A DNA stretch of 62,931 nt, filler included, from Reticulomyxa filosa (lineage: Eukaryota; Protista; Foraminifera): assembly GCA_000512085.1 (NCBI GenBank). It is 22 parts of 22 records of this genome, joined end to end, with 100 filler letters (N's around TTAATTAATTAA, not from the genome) between each part and the next. Parts side by side here need not be neighbours in the genome. Positions count along the whole stretch, not along the records: positions 24,544 to 26,478 come from ASPP01010720.1; positions 26,579 to 27,786 come from ASPP01003457.1; positions 27,887 to 28,921 come from ASPP01038573.1; positions 29,022 to 30,252 come from ASPP01043990.1; positions 30,353 to 33,526 come from ASPP01023207.1; positions 33,627 to 39,324 come from ASPP01004708.1; 16 more parts are not named here. One strand, given 5' to 3'. Below are positions 24,683 through 36,722 of this stretch, piece after piece; positions within the stretch are counted from its first letter, which is position 1; each line of letters opens with the position of its first letter. Made by a program: the position numbers and the translations under genes. Below the pieces are notes generated by a model, which was not told the origin of the DNA, searched no databases, and was given only the letters and a program-made list of their open reading frames with translations.

Positions 24683-25061
24683 ATCAGAGCCGCAAATAAT
24701 CCAGTTCTTTCGCACGATAAATTTCGCACATCGAACTAGCAATTGTTATGTTGCCATTGCTGTTTTTATTTGTTTTCCCTACTTACTCCTCATCCCTTTG
24801 TTACCTGGCACTTCTGACACTTCAAATGTTCTTACCACCACCTCGGTTTCGTAGTTCCAAATAAACACATTTCCGGAGTATAACGCACTCAATACCCATG
24901 GCTCAGTAGGGTGGAAATCTACTGATTTCACGCGATCGGATCGTCCCACAAGGACGCGCTAGTTTTTTTAAGAATTGTATTTATCCACATTTCAATACTG
25001 GTACAAACATTAAAAAAAACAGCACATATATTCTTACCTCCACATCAAGTTTTAATGGCAT
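24683..25061 (-). CDS. COPB2: Coatomer subunit beta' (COPB2/Sec27), first three exons
   Basis: MPLKLDVE / [46 protein letters not shown] / [18 protein letters not shown], with GT-AG introns. ATG at 25061. Confidence 0.95.
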
Positions 25062-25848
25062 TGGCAAGTAAGAAGTTCAAATGTAATATATTAAAGATTT
25101 AATTACCCAAAAAAAATTTTTACAGGGTAACCTTGACATACACGACACTGCCCCAAAGGAATAATCTTTGTTTAAAAAATGAATTACTATACTCGAAATA
25201 ATTTTGCAATACGACATCAATTATATCATTAAAAACTTCAGATATGCATTTAATGCAATTCTTGATTTTTAACATATCTAAGGATATTCGCAATGTTGTC
25301 AATTAAATTAAAGAGTTTGCACTTAAAATGAAAATAAAGCGAAAAAAACTGCCAAATGGAATATCCTTCAAACAAAAATAAACATTTGCAAAAAATAGAT
25401 TTGAAAATTCAAATATCCTAAAATAAACAAAAACAGACAAATAGGCTGTCAAATTCTATGCAACTTATTTGAACTTATTTAATAATGTTACGTTTCCCAC
25501 GTTTAATCTAATTTTGGTCTTACTAAAAAATCAAACAAAATAAACAAAACAATTTTCATTCATCACAATTTTTTTTGAAAATCAAAAATCAAACGAATGT
25601 TGCTAAGAGACTAGTATCAGAACAAAACGAAGTTTGCTTCGCATCAAGCAAAGATAAGCCCTTCATACAAGCAAAGTTGATACTAGGATCGGGCAAAAAA
25701 ACATAAGAAAAATTGACAAAGAAAGATGACCGTTGCTGGCAAAAAAAAAAAGAAAAATGCCCGAGAAAACATAAGAGTGATGATTCCTTTATGCAAGTCT
25801 AAAGACAAACTTGGAAAAAAGAAAAGGAAAAAAATCATGATAATGGAT

Positions 25849-26478
25849 TTATGACAAGCTCAATTTAAATCCAATTGTAGTTTCAGTGTCATCCTCAGAC
25901 AACAATGAAGCCAATCCCAGGGTGACATTTACATTTTGGTTCACTTTGACTTGATACGAAGTACCATATTCTTTGCGACTGTTCAAGAACCCTCGGAAGA
26001 AGTTGCCGTTGTTGGACCACGAGGCACCTTGGAAGAGAACAAAAAACAAACAAAAATGTAGTGAGCACATGATTGCAACTTTTTATAGCTATTTTTTTCT
26101 TCTTACCCAAAGATAAAATAGGTGGTGATGTAATTCGAAGATCAGCTTTGCCTTCAGCACGGCCAGCAACTGTGATGGCATCAGACACCTTTTTGTATAA
26201 CGAGAGATCATAACTAACTCCATTTGATTCCTTATCTGGTTTACTGTGACAAGAAATTGACGGAAGTTTTGTGGACACATGAGGGGAAGAAGGAGAAAGG
26301 GGGAGGGGGGAGGGAAAAAAAAAGAGGGGGGGGGAGATAAGAAATCAAAACAAACACATTTTGGTGTTTATTAAACTTATCTTTTATCAGCGACAAAAAA
26401 AAAAAGTAATAATAATAAAAAACTGAACTAAATCAACGAATACTGAGTAGTATCAGTTGGTGAGTACAAGAATCCCAT
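25849..26478 (-). CDS. VDAC: Mitochondrial porin (VDAC, Porin_3 family), 3' exons
   Basis: Alternating beta-strand pattern: SLYKKVSDAITVA, FLNSRKEYGTSYQVKVNQNVNVTLG. C-terminal beta-signal-like TIGFKLSLS*. Confidence 0.75.
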
Positions 26479-27444
26479 NNNNNNNNNNNNNNNNNNNNNN
26501 NNNNNNNNNNNNNNNNNNNNNNTTAATTAATTAANNNNNNNNNNNNNNNNNNNNNNNNNNNNNNNNNNNNNNNNNNNNGTATTCAAAAAGGGGCTAGTTC
26601 CATTTTTTTTTTTTTTTTCTTTTTCATTTTTGTAGTCTTTTTAAAACTTCGGACAGTGAGTAGCAACGACTTTATTCTTAGGACGTTGATGAAGTCTTCT
26701 GCACTAACAAAGTGAAAATAGAGCTTTAGCTTTAATAATTTCTAATTACATACTTTATTTTCTTTTTCTTTTGTTGAGTCAACAAACAATAATTGTTTTA
26801 TCAAATTTTCTTAAAGAAAGGAAACAAAATAAGAATGTCAATTTACTTTTCAAACCGCTCAAACAAATTGGTATTTGTTTTTAATTTATATCTTTTGTCT
26901 TCATAACAAGACAACATGATTAAGTTGTTAATTTTCATTTACTTAGACTAATGAAGACAAGAGTGATATCCATAAGTAATTGAATAATAAGATTGACAAT
27001 TTTTCCTTCTTTGTTTAGTCAAAAAATTAATTCCAAAATGTTGAAGAAAGGTAAATTTCAACATTTGTAAACAAAGTTATAGATAATATCACCCTTTTAA
27101 AATTCTCTTGCACAGTGAATCACGTGCAAAGTAATCTAAATATAGTATAATAAAAAAAAAAAAAAAAAAAAAATTCATTCAACCCCTTCATAATCGATAC
27201 CAACTTTTGTTAAAAAAGTATTACTTAGAAGGAGAAAGTGTTCGAAGCGTCAATACTCTTTAACATCTTAGTGTTTTTGAAAGATATTTTGAAAATTAAT
27301 TTCGACAAGAAATTTCTGAGAAAATTGAAGAAAATCGAAGAAACTCAAGAAAATTTATTATACTTAATAATATTGAAGTATCAAATTTTCGGAGTGGAAA
27401 TATTGTAATATTGAGTGTGCTTTAATATCTTTTATTGCTTTTTA

Positions 27445-27786
27445 GCAACTTATTGTTGCAGTTCAGCATGGTAGGGTGTTATCGTCGGTTCATATAAACT
27501 CCCCCAAATTTGAGGCACGCGCAGTTAAAAGAAAGAGTCTTTTACTGAGCAAGGTGATAACAAGAAAGCCGCTTAGCAAGGCTTGCAGGCTAAATAAAGG
27601 TATATTCAGCACCATCATTTTTTAGTGAGGTTGTTACGGGGTTGAACATATTCCCTTTGCAGACGTAATCGAGAGCTGATATACTCAGGCATAGCAACAT
27701 AAGCTCATAAAAGAATTTCTGCTTTTATCGGCCCGTATTTTGCGACTGAATAAAAGGCAGTCCGGAGCAATAAAACTTTTGTTGGC
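27445..27786 (-). ncRNA. Candidate structured non-coding RNA (unassigned; the 5' hairpin carries a U5-like GCCUUUUAY loop)
   Basis: An island of raised GC with no ORF and a series of stem-loops whose G-U pairs favour the minus strand. See the corresponding finding. Confidence 0.3.
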
Positions 27787-27886
27787 NNNNNNNNNNNNNN
27801 NNNNNNNNNNNNNNNNNNNNNNNNNNNNNNTTAATTAATTAANNNNNNNNNNNNNNNNNNNNNNNNNNNNNNNNNNNNNNNNNNNN

Positions 27887-28921
27887 GAAATTGATATTAT
27901 TTTGACTCGATGGAATAAAATCATGAAAAAAATTTTATTCAAAATGTAAAACAACAAAGAGTTGAATTTTACGAAAATAAAAATAAACAAGAAATAGTAA
28001 ATTGTATTGAATATTTTCCAGAAGATTCACCTATACAAATTTCATATTCAACAATAACTCTCTTTCAAAGTTAATTATGTATATTTACTTATTTTTTCCA
28101 TTTTTTAAAAAATTATTATCAAATAAAAACTTTATATAGGTAATCCAACAAAGAAAATAATAAAATCGAAATATTCCAAAAAAATTGAAAAAAATTCATT
28201 AAAAAGTGAAGAATCGGATTATGATCGATATAACAGTGATGACAGTATTATTTCTGATATGAAAGATGACATAATTGACCAATATTTTTGACTGAATTTC
28301 ATTGCAGCAATCCAAATTGTATACATAGATACCAAAATTGTAATAACAATTCTATTGACCTATGTTCAGCAAGTAATAATGAAAAGAAATAAATCTTTCC
28401 ATCAGTCACAGAAGGATCATTTTCGAATACAAATAAAAAAAGACGTTTGAATGATGGAAGTGCACAAATTATTGCTCAAAATATTGGACATGAGCAAAAG
28501 ATTGACAGAAAACAAAATCAAAAATTATACATTTCAGATCTAGACAAATACTGTCATTCAAATAAAAACAGTAAGATTATATTTTTTTAAATACCAAATG
28601 AAAAAATTTATTTTATGTAAAATATTTCAATGTGTATTGTTAACAGAACTAAAATTGCAGCTAATAACGTGCTAAATCGAAATTACTATATTATTGCTGG
28701 TTATCCACATGCATTGTTTATTTAATGTTAATTGGAACTATGATGAAAAAAGTTACACAGCCAATCTAGTTGTGATGTGTAATCTTTTTTTTTATTGCTT
28801 TGAAAATTTTTTCTTTTAAATAAAATTGAAAACAAATTCAATCTTTAGAAGGTCATTCATCTGTTGTTCGTTCCGTCCAATTTTCACCTGATGGTAACAG
28901 AATTGTATCTGGTTCATGTGA
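27887..28921 (+). pseudogene. Degenerate multi-exon gene fragment ending in a WD40 repeat
   Basis: Exon-like pieces (FYENKNKQEIVNCIEYFPEDSPIQI; YYIIAGYPHALF..NWNYDEKSYTANLVVM) with frameshifts, then KQIQSLEGHSSVVRSVQFSPDGNRIVSGSC at 28830-28921. Confidence 0.45.
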
Positions 28922-29023
28922 NNNNNNNNNNNNNNNNNNNNNNNNNNNNNNNNNNNNNNNNNNNNTTAATTAATTAANNNNNNNNNNNNNNNNNNNNNNN
29001 NNNNNNNNNNNNNNNNNNNNNTT

Positions 29024-30252
29024 GTTCATTCATTCAAATCATGGATCATTTCTTGGATTCATTTTAACAAAGACAAAGATTATGCTTATTACCTTTATAG
29101 CCGTGTTCTTGACAGACCATTGAATAAAGTAATGGAATCGCATTTACCCAATTTTCAATATGTTTTGAATCATCGAGATATCCACTTGTGTATCATCGAT
29201 CAAATTAAGATAATTCAAACACAATTCAATAAACTTCATGATAATGGATTAATAATAGATCGATTGAATTTATTACAGTATTTTTGTATTTCAACAGAAA
29301 CTTCAGATCTTGTTGTCCAATGTTACAAACAAGTTTTTAAGAGAGATATTCAGACGTGTACAGACTTACTTTGTGTGATATCAGTGAAATTAAATGAACA
29401 ACAATTGGATAATGTTATTAAATTTTTCATGGATGGACTTGTTGACAAATATAATATTCATTATGTATGTGCATTATCAATTTCAAAAATAGCATTGAAA
29501 TTGAATAAAAAACAATTGAATAAAGTGTTTGAATGTTTGATGAATACCTTTGACAGTGGAAAAATTACAATTTGTGATTTCTGTGCACACGCACTTGCAA
29601 CGATTTCATCACAACTGGGAGGAAGACAGTTGGATAATGCATTCCAATGTTTCATTCATAGGTTTCCTTCATATTTTTATAATGATTATTATAATGATTA
29701 TTATGAAACAAATGCGACCCAATTTCTAATGAAATTAAAAGAAGAACAATTAGGTGATGTTTTTAAATATTTGATTGATCGATTATCCGATGGAGAAGAA
29801 GACGATAATAATCATAGAAAATGCGCAAATTTAATTGGAAAAATCTCAATGAAATGGAATGAAAAACAATTAATTGATGCTTTCAATTCTTTAATAAATA
29901 TATTCATTAATGTAAATGAAGCAATTGCAGCAATTACAGTGAAATTGCCTGAAAGACAATTTGGTAACGCCTTTAATTATTTCATTAGTAGATTAAATTG
30001 TGAAAAGAGTTCTATATATGATAAATACGCTAATCTACTTAAAATGACTGCACAGAGATTGGACGAAAAACAAATGAACATTGCATTGAATTATTGTATA
30101 AATAAGTTAAATGATAAAAATGAACATCCAAATATTCGTATCAATTGCATTAAATTACTTGAAAGAATTTCAAATAAATGTAATGAACAACAATTGAATA
30201 AAGCTTTTAACTCTTTAATGGATATATTCACTGATAAAAATGATAAAGCATA
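29024..30252 (+). CDS. HEAT/ARM-like alpha-helical tandem-repeat protein of a lineage-expanded family (internal fragment)
   Basis: Frame open across the whole contig. About nine repeats of ~38-40 aa, of the form (I)S.KLNE.QLD.(V/A)F..L...L.D. Confidence 0.8.
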
Positions 30253-31492
30253 NNNNNNNNNNNNNNNNNNNNNNNNNNNNNNNNNNNNNNNNNNNNTTAA
30301 TTAATTAANNNNNNNNNNNNNNNNNNNNNNNNNNNNNNNNNNNNNNNNNNNNCTCTTGGAACTAAGTTCCTTTCGTATTACACTTAATCTTCTCACGAGT
30401 CCTACAATAGTCACAACATAACATCGTGTATAATAATTTAATTAAATACACATTTAGTGACAAAAAAATTATGATAAAGTTAAATAAAGCATTCTTAAAT
30501 TGCAAACAGAATAATTTCATACAATAAAATCTGTTGAAATGTTTATTATATGCACGAAAGGCATTTTTTTTATTATCCAAAACAATGTTTAAGGCAAATG
30601 TTCAATAATAACGATGTTATTGATTATTTGCTGCCCAATTTCATATATTTTGGCAATTTTTCAAATTTTGACTATATTTAAAGCGAGATTGGTTTTTTGG
30701 GACCACTACAAGAAGTCATTTGTTTGATTGAACAAGCGCAGATTATTCATATATTAAGTTAATACTTTGCTTGTGCAGAAGAAAAAGCATCTGTTGGAAT
30801 ATTTGACATAAATAAAATTTTTTAAAATAGGCAATTTATATGTTTTACTGTTATCAAAATAGAAATGATTTTTTTATTTATAGTTGCGAATTCGCGAAGC
30901 GATTAAAAATAAATGAACTAATTAGCGAATTTTATTGTTGTAGAAAAGGAAATTTGCTTTAAATATCTATGTCTTTTACTCCGCAAAATTTTTATGATAA
31001 TTTTTTCTATTGAATGAAACAAAAAGTCTCAGATACTAATTACAACGTACGCTATTAGTTGACGTGTTGTGTGACTGCGTTCGCGGCGTCGAAACAATTA
31101 GGTTGAAATTGATTTTATTACTAGTTTTGTCATTTTCGGAAAAGCGTCTTATGCTTACACTTTTTAATTCTTCGTATTTTATATTTGAAGTAAATAGAAT
31201 GAGAATATATTGTTTTGGCTTTGCGCAAACTATTTCACTATATAATTATTTATGTTCACACTGAATAATTGGAATTTTAGTTCAATAAAGTAATTAAAGT
31301 TATTCATCCGAATTATCTGCTTTTTGTTTTAATGTGCAGATTCTATTGAAAATTAAACCACACCAAACTTATTGAAAATTTAATAAGACAAATTAATAGT
31401 ATGCAACAGAGAGTTGCTGTAGTAAAAAAAGATACAAAGCGATGAAAGATAGTTAGAGGAAACAAATTTTCGAGAGCACCATCATTTATTTT

Positions 31493-33480
31493 TCAAGTGG
31501 TAATATTAGTGTCAGAAGCAACTGTGGATGGATTTGTTGTTACACTCTTTGCTCCTCGAAGGCGTTCGTCCAATAACCCTGTGTGTGTGGAGTAAGACAG
31601 TGCGAATACAAAACAGAGAGCTATGAGGAGCGGGAGAAAAAAAAAAGGAATTAAACATACCCAAAGATGCGCCAGGCGATAATCCTTGAACATTGCGATA
31701 TCTTTTGTGCATCATCGGTCCAAATTCTTTACTCAAATAAACAGCTTCGCGCTCGACCATTAACCGGATAGAGGATACAAATGTGAGATGTCCATAATCA
31801 AAATTTTCTAAACCCCGCGGATACATATTTAAATCAGGTCTTAAATATGACAACAAAGCAAAGATTATCCTATTTTTGTTATTGAGCACAATGAAATGAA
31901 TCCCAAGACCAGCCAACAACAACAACAACAAGAACAAAATAAATAAATAAATAAATAAATAAAATTCAAACCAATTCAACATCCGATACATTCCATACAA
32001 TAAAGCCAGTGGCAAATACATGAAATCCAGCAACGGCAGCAAGTATTGAAACCACTCTTCGTGCTCATGTTTCACACTGCCATCTTTGGCAACCATGATT
32101 TTATTTAAAAGCCACCTCTTAATCACGAAATGGTCAATGCAAACGTAGACAAAATAGCCGATGATCATTTGAGTGTACCCGTGCAGCCAATTCCAAAACT
32201 TATTCCAGCCAAACATAGTCGCCCAAAAGCACAGCATCAAACCATTCAAAAACGCTCCCGTTGCGATATACGACGCGACAGTGGACATAAACCGAGTGGT
32301 CGCCCAAGTGGGGAACATTTTGGGTTCATAGCGATGCAATGGTGTTCCTTTTAACGAATGTGTACATATATAAATGTACATATATACATTATATATATAT
32401 ATATGTATATATATATAACATAGAATGAGAATCCATGTTTTGCCAACAAAACCGACAAACCTTTTCGCAAATTAACCATTTTTTTTTTCCACGCACGGAA
32501 CAGAAGAATGCAAGCAAACAATCCAAAAATGACACTATAGATACCCCCCCAAAGCAATCCTTGATGCAGAGCTTCGGCAAATGTGATAGTATTCGCAGTT
32601 GCATTTACAGCCCAGTCTTGTCCGGAAGAGTCAGCATCATCGCCCATTGGACTGCTCGGCGGCTGCAAAGCTTCCAGTTGTTCCTTGTATTGTTTCACAT
32701 CACTGATAAAGTTACCCACACGACGATACCAATAGCGATAGATATAAGCTTCGGCCAAAATGCCCAACAGACCTTTCTCCCCCCCCCGCCAAAAAAATTT
32801 TTATTTTTATTTTTTAAAAAAAAATAACAATGCTTTGAGTCAAATGAAATTGAAATAAATTACACACGTAACAACCAACCAAGATATGCAGCCCCATAAA
32901 TCCTGGCGGGATACACAATCTTGCTCAAATGTTCCAACGTATGTCGATCTTGCCCAATCCTTTCTTCTCTTTCAAAATACACACTGGGCCAAAAGAACTC
33001 TTGCAACATGAACAGATTGCCATGATCAATTTCACGAGTGACGGGCAGCAAACTTCCAGCCTCTTTTCCGTCGTCCCCTTTGGCATCTGCGTCCTCGGAT
33101 TTGTGCAATGACGGTGGCGCGGCTTCGTCTTCTATCATCACAGGCAACGGGACTTGGCTGTCGAACAAGCCTGCGTTATCACGCTTCGTGGTATTGCCAC
33201 GACGGATCGTGCTGCTGCTCGGCTCCAATGGTACCATTTCCGAGGCGACATTGTTTTCCTCGAGCTGCAGTGACTGCAGCGACTGCAATCTGCGATGCGA
33301 CTTTTGCGCAAATGCAATGCTTTGTCGGACGTTGTTCATCTCGTTCATCTCTCTCGTTAATGATTGGCGGTCCTTCAACAGCTGTTGCTCGGAACGCGAC
33401 GATCGCAGCACCGGCAATTTTTTTTCGTTTCCATTTTCATCGGCTATCGATTTCCCATTCCGATCAGGTGCAACTAATTT
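31493..33480 (-). CDS. STRA6/RBP-receptor-like multipass membrane protein, 3' multi-exon part
   Basis: IVYPARIYGAAYL; GLFACILLFRAWKKKMVNLRKG; STVASYIATGAFLNGLMLCFW; LALLYGMYRMLNW/IIFALLSYLRPDLNMYPRGLENFDYGHLTFVSSIRLMVE. The order and character of these blocks match the STRA6 C-terminal half as recalled (R..L..L.RG; DLSLLP.....DPGY..Y). Confidence 0.72.
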
Positions 33481-33488
33481 TTATTTGC

Positions 33489-33520
<32 letters not shown>

Positions 33521-33810
33521 TTTTTTNNNNNNNNNNNNNNNNNNNNNNNNNNNNNNNNNNNNNNNNNNNNTTAATTAATTAANNNNNNNNNNNNNNNNNN
33601 NNNNNNNNNNNNNNNNNNNNNNNNNNTTATTACGAAATTTGAACATTGTTCATGCAAATAACAAAGAAGATAAGTTATTTCATTAACGTATTCATTCAAA
33701 CAAAATTTTTTAAAATATTTTACTTGTTTTAATAATTCACGTATTTTTTTTTTCAGATAAATATATATAATTATTGTTAATAAATAAGCAATATGTTCAG
33801 AAATAAGCAC

Positions 33811-36722
33811 ATTCAAGACACATTTTTAAAGAATTAAATATATTTTTTTAAGTCAACTAATTATAAAAGAATTATATACAAAAATAATGTTAAAAAAAGA
33901 TTTATAAAATGATTTTATTTGATTTATTTGAAATATCAGCAAATTATTCTAAAAAGAGGGGGGGGGAGGTGTAGTTCCATTTTTATATTTTTTTCTCTTT
34001 AATGTTTTTACTTAAGTTAAAGGAATAAAACGTTGTCTTTGCATTAACTTGGATAATTTAAAAGAAAAGGTAGTTTTTAGAACAAATTGAAAGAATAATC
34101 CAATCTGAATTAAAATATTGGCTTGCAAAAGCGAAAGAGCACAAACATTACATTTGATATCATTTACAAGAGTAACATAATGAAAACATATCGATGATAA
34201 TTTTTTTTTAAAACTAAGAATGTGACAGTGAGAAATTAAAAGATGTCAATTTGTTGGCAAAACTGAGCTTTGATTGGAAAGTTTTTTCAGGATGTGTGTT
34301 AGATATAGTTGTAATTGTCCAAATATGAACTCTAATTTTTCAAGTAGACGAACAGATCCCAACTTGAACAAAAAGCACGTCTTTCAATCAGGAGCACGAT
34401 CTTGTTAAAGAAAACTGTACTTTGGTACAAAATGCAACCTTTTCTTTCTCTTTAAGGTCACGACAATTCGCAGTATTTTATTATTAAAAACTCTAAAAAA
34501 AAATCACTCCAAAAATTTTATTTTTTTTGCACAACAGTCAAGCGGAAAAGGCAATTGAACAGGAACAAAATAAAATATTGACACTCTGTATTGGTGCTTT
34601 CATTATCCATCTCTTTCTTAAAATTGTACATTTTTTTTCATTCTTTTCTAAAATCCTGTTTTGTCGTATTTACACTATATCTCATTGATGAAAGACAATG
34701 TTAGAGGCAAACAAAGCAAAAGATTTCACGATTTTTTTATGAGAATCATTTATATAGTTCATTTCACAATCTTTTTTTAAAGATATTTTTGCATGTAATT
34801 CTTTTAAGATTTGTTGACTTTAAAAATGTACAACTTAAAAATGTGTCTTGAATATTCTTCTTTCCGAATATATAACTATTTATTTAAAATAAATACATTT
34901 TACATTTAAAGATTTTGTTTAATCAATAAGCGAATACAAAATTCATTAAAATAAGATTATTTTATTGTCTCCTTTCAATGAAATTGTTCAAATGTAAATC
35001 GATTTAAATCAAATTTCATTGGAATGAATAAATAAACTAAGACTGTTATGTTCAATTTGTTTGTATTAAATATTCAAGCTTTGTTACAAAATACAATTTT
35101 ATCTAAAACAAAAGAAGAATAAAAAAAAAAGTATTGTTTATGTGATTATTTTCGAACATAGCATACTTTATATAAATAATCAAATTTTTTGCACAATTTT
35201 TTAAATAGTGCAAATTTTTAATCATACTTAAATAATTAAAAAAATATGTTAAATAAAGAATTTATTATTATATTCATAATTTATTAATATTATTGTGTGA
35301 TTTCAATTGATTTCTTGTTTTACATTTTATTTCAAATTATTATATACATATATATGCTTTTTTTCAACAGTATTTCTGAAATGATACAAATAAATATTGA
35401 TGATAATTTATTGTTATATCGTTTCGATTGTCTATTTTCCTTTTCTTTGAGATAATATTTTTGTTTGTAACGTATGGATACAAATGGATAATATAAAGAA
35501 TTATCTGTAGAAAGAATAATTAAGCATTTTCTTGAAAAGAAAAGATTTGGATATAATCAAATATTGCAAATTAAACAACACGCTCCTTTTATGTATTGTT
35601 TTGCATTCAACAAGCAGATGACGAATAAATTGAAATATATGAAAAAAAATAAATAAAAAATAGGAATTGTCCAATTTGTAAATTTTGCTAAAAACACAAA
35701 ACCAAGAAATGATATAATGAAACAAAAGACAAAACTATTTCATCTATTATTATATCATTTTAATTTGATATTTAAGATAATATATTAAAAGATAGTGATA
35801 TCAATGCAATACTTCTTCGTAAAGTTTAAGGATTGATTTTGAAACAGAGTTATTTTTTCTTTTTTCCAGTTTTAATCTTTCTTTTTGAAGTTAATTGTGC
35901 TGTGACGATAACACGAAAAATTGAAACTTTTTCAAAAAAAAAAAGAAAAAATCATGTTTTTGAATTTTCTTTGTATGGAAATTTGAATTAAAAAGAGTCT
36001 AGACATACCTTTGATGATTTAATTTTGTATAATTATACAAACATTGAAAGAAAAGATCTTATACAAATTACAGATTATTATTTAATTCCTAAATTTTACA
36101 CATTTGGTAAATTGATATACAATGACTATTCCAAAGAGAGTGAAATACATTTAATATATTTTCAAAAATAGATAAATTGGTATTTGCATTTTGAATATCA
36201 TACCATTGTAATCTTCACAAGGATTGATTGCTCAAACTAAGCGCAAAGATGAACAAGTTACAATTTAAATAATCACACTCTTTTGTTGTGGATGCGCTTG
36301 AATTATGTTCAATACTTTGCATAGAATTTATCCAAATCTACTGAACAATTGATAAAAAACTTTGACATTGCCGAAACTGTAAGATTTGATCTACAATACA
36401 CATCACAACTCAGTTTTGCCAACAGATCGATATGTTGTTAACACCTTTGAATGTGCTGTTCTTTCACTTTTTAGTGAGTCAATGCTAAAAAAAACCAAAA
36501 ATGACATTCATGTTGAAATATAGTATCTCTCATACTTCTTCTTTAACTTAATGTAAGAACTATCCTTTTTTTTTAGAAACAATTTATTGACATCTTCAAA
36601 ATAATGAGTGAAATCATTTATACAAATAATTTTATAATCTTTTTTTTACATTATTATTTCATGTAATTATTTAAAATTAGTTGACTTAAAAAATATGTTA
36701 ACTCTTAAAAACGTGTATTGAA
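33811..36722. repeat. Three diverged copies of an AT-rich element or decayed gene in inverted arrangement (A + 33811-34400; B - 34560-34853; C - 36250-36722)
   Basis: Shared core ATTCAA(G/T)ACAC(A/G)TTTTTAA..AAGTCAAC(T/A)AAT..AA.AATTA. A and C also share TGTTGGCAAAACTGAG and AACATATCGAT. Confidence 0.75.

Noticed and set aside
27465-27480. Telomerase-RNA template (ACACCCUACC) or dicistrovirus IRES motif (UAUUUAGC) in the structured island
   Set aside because: Not a 1.5-repeat match to a known telomere unit, and no IRES pseudoknots or downstream ORF are evident.
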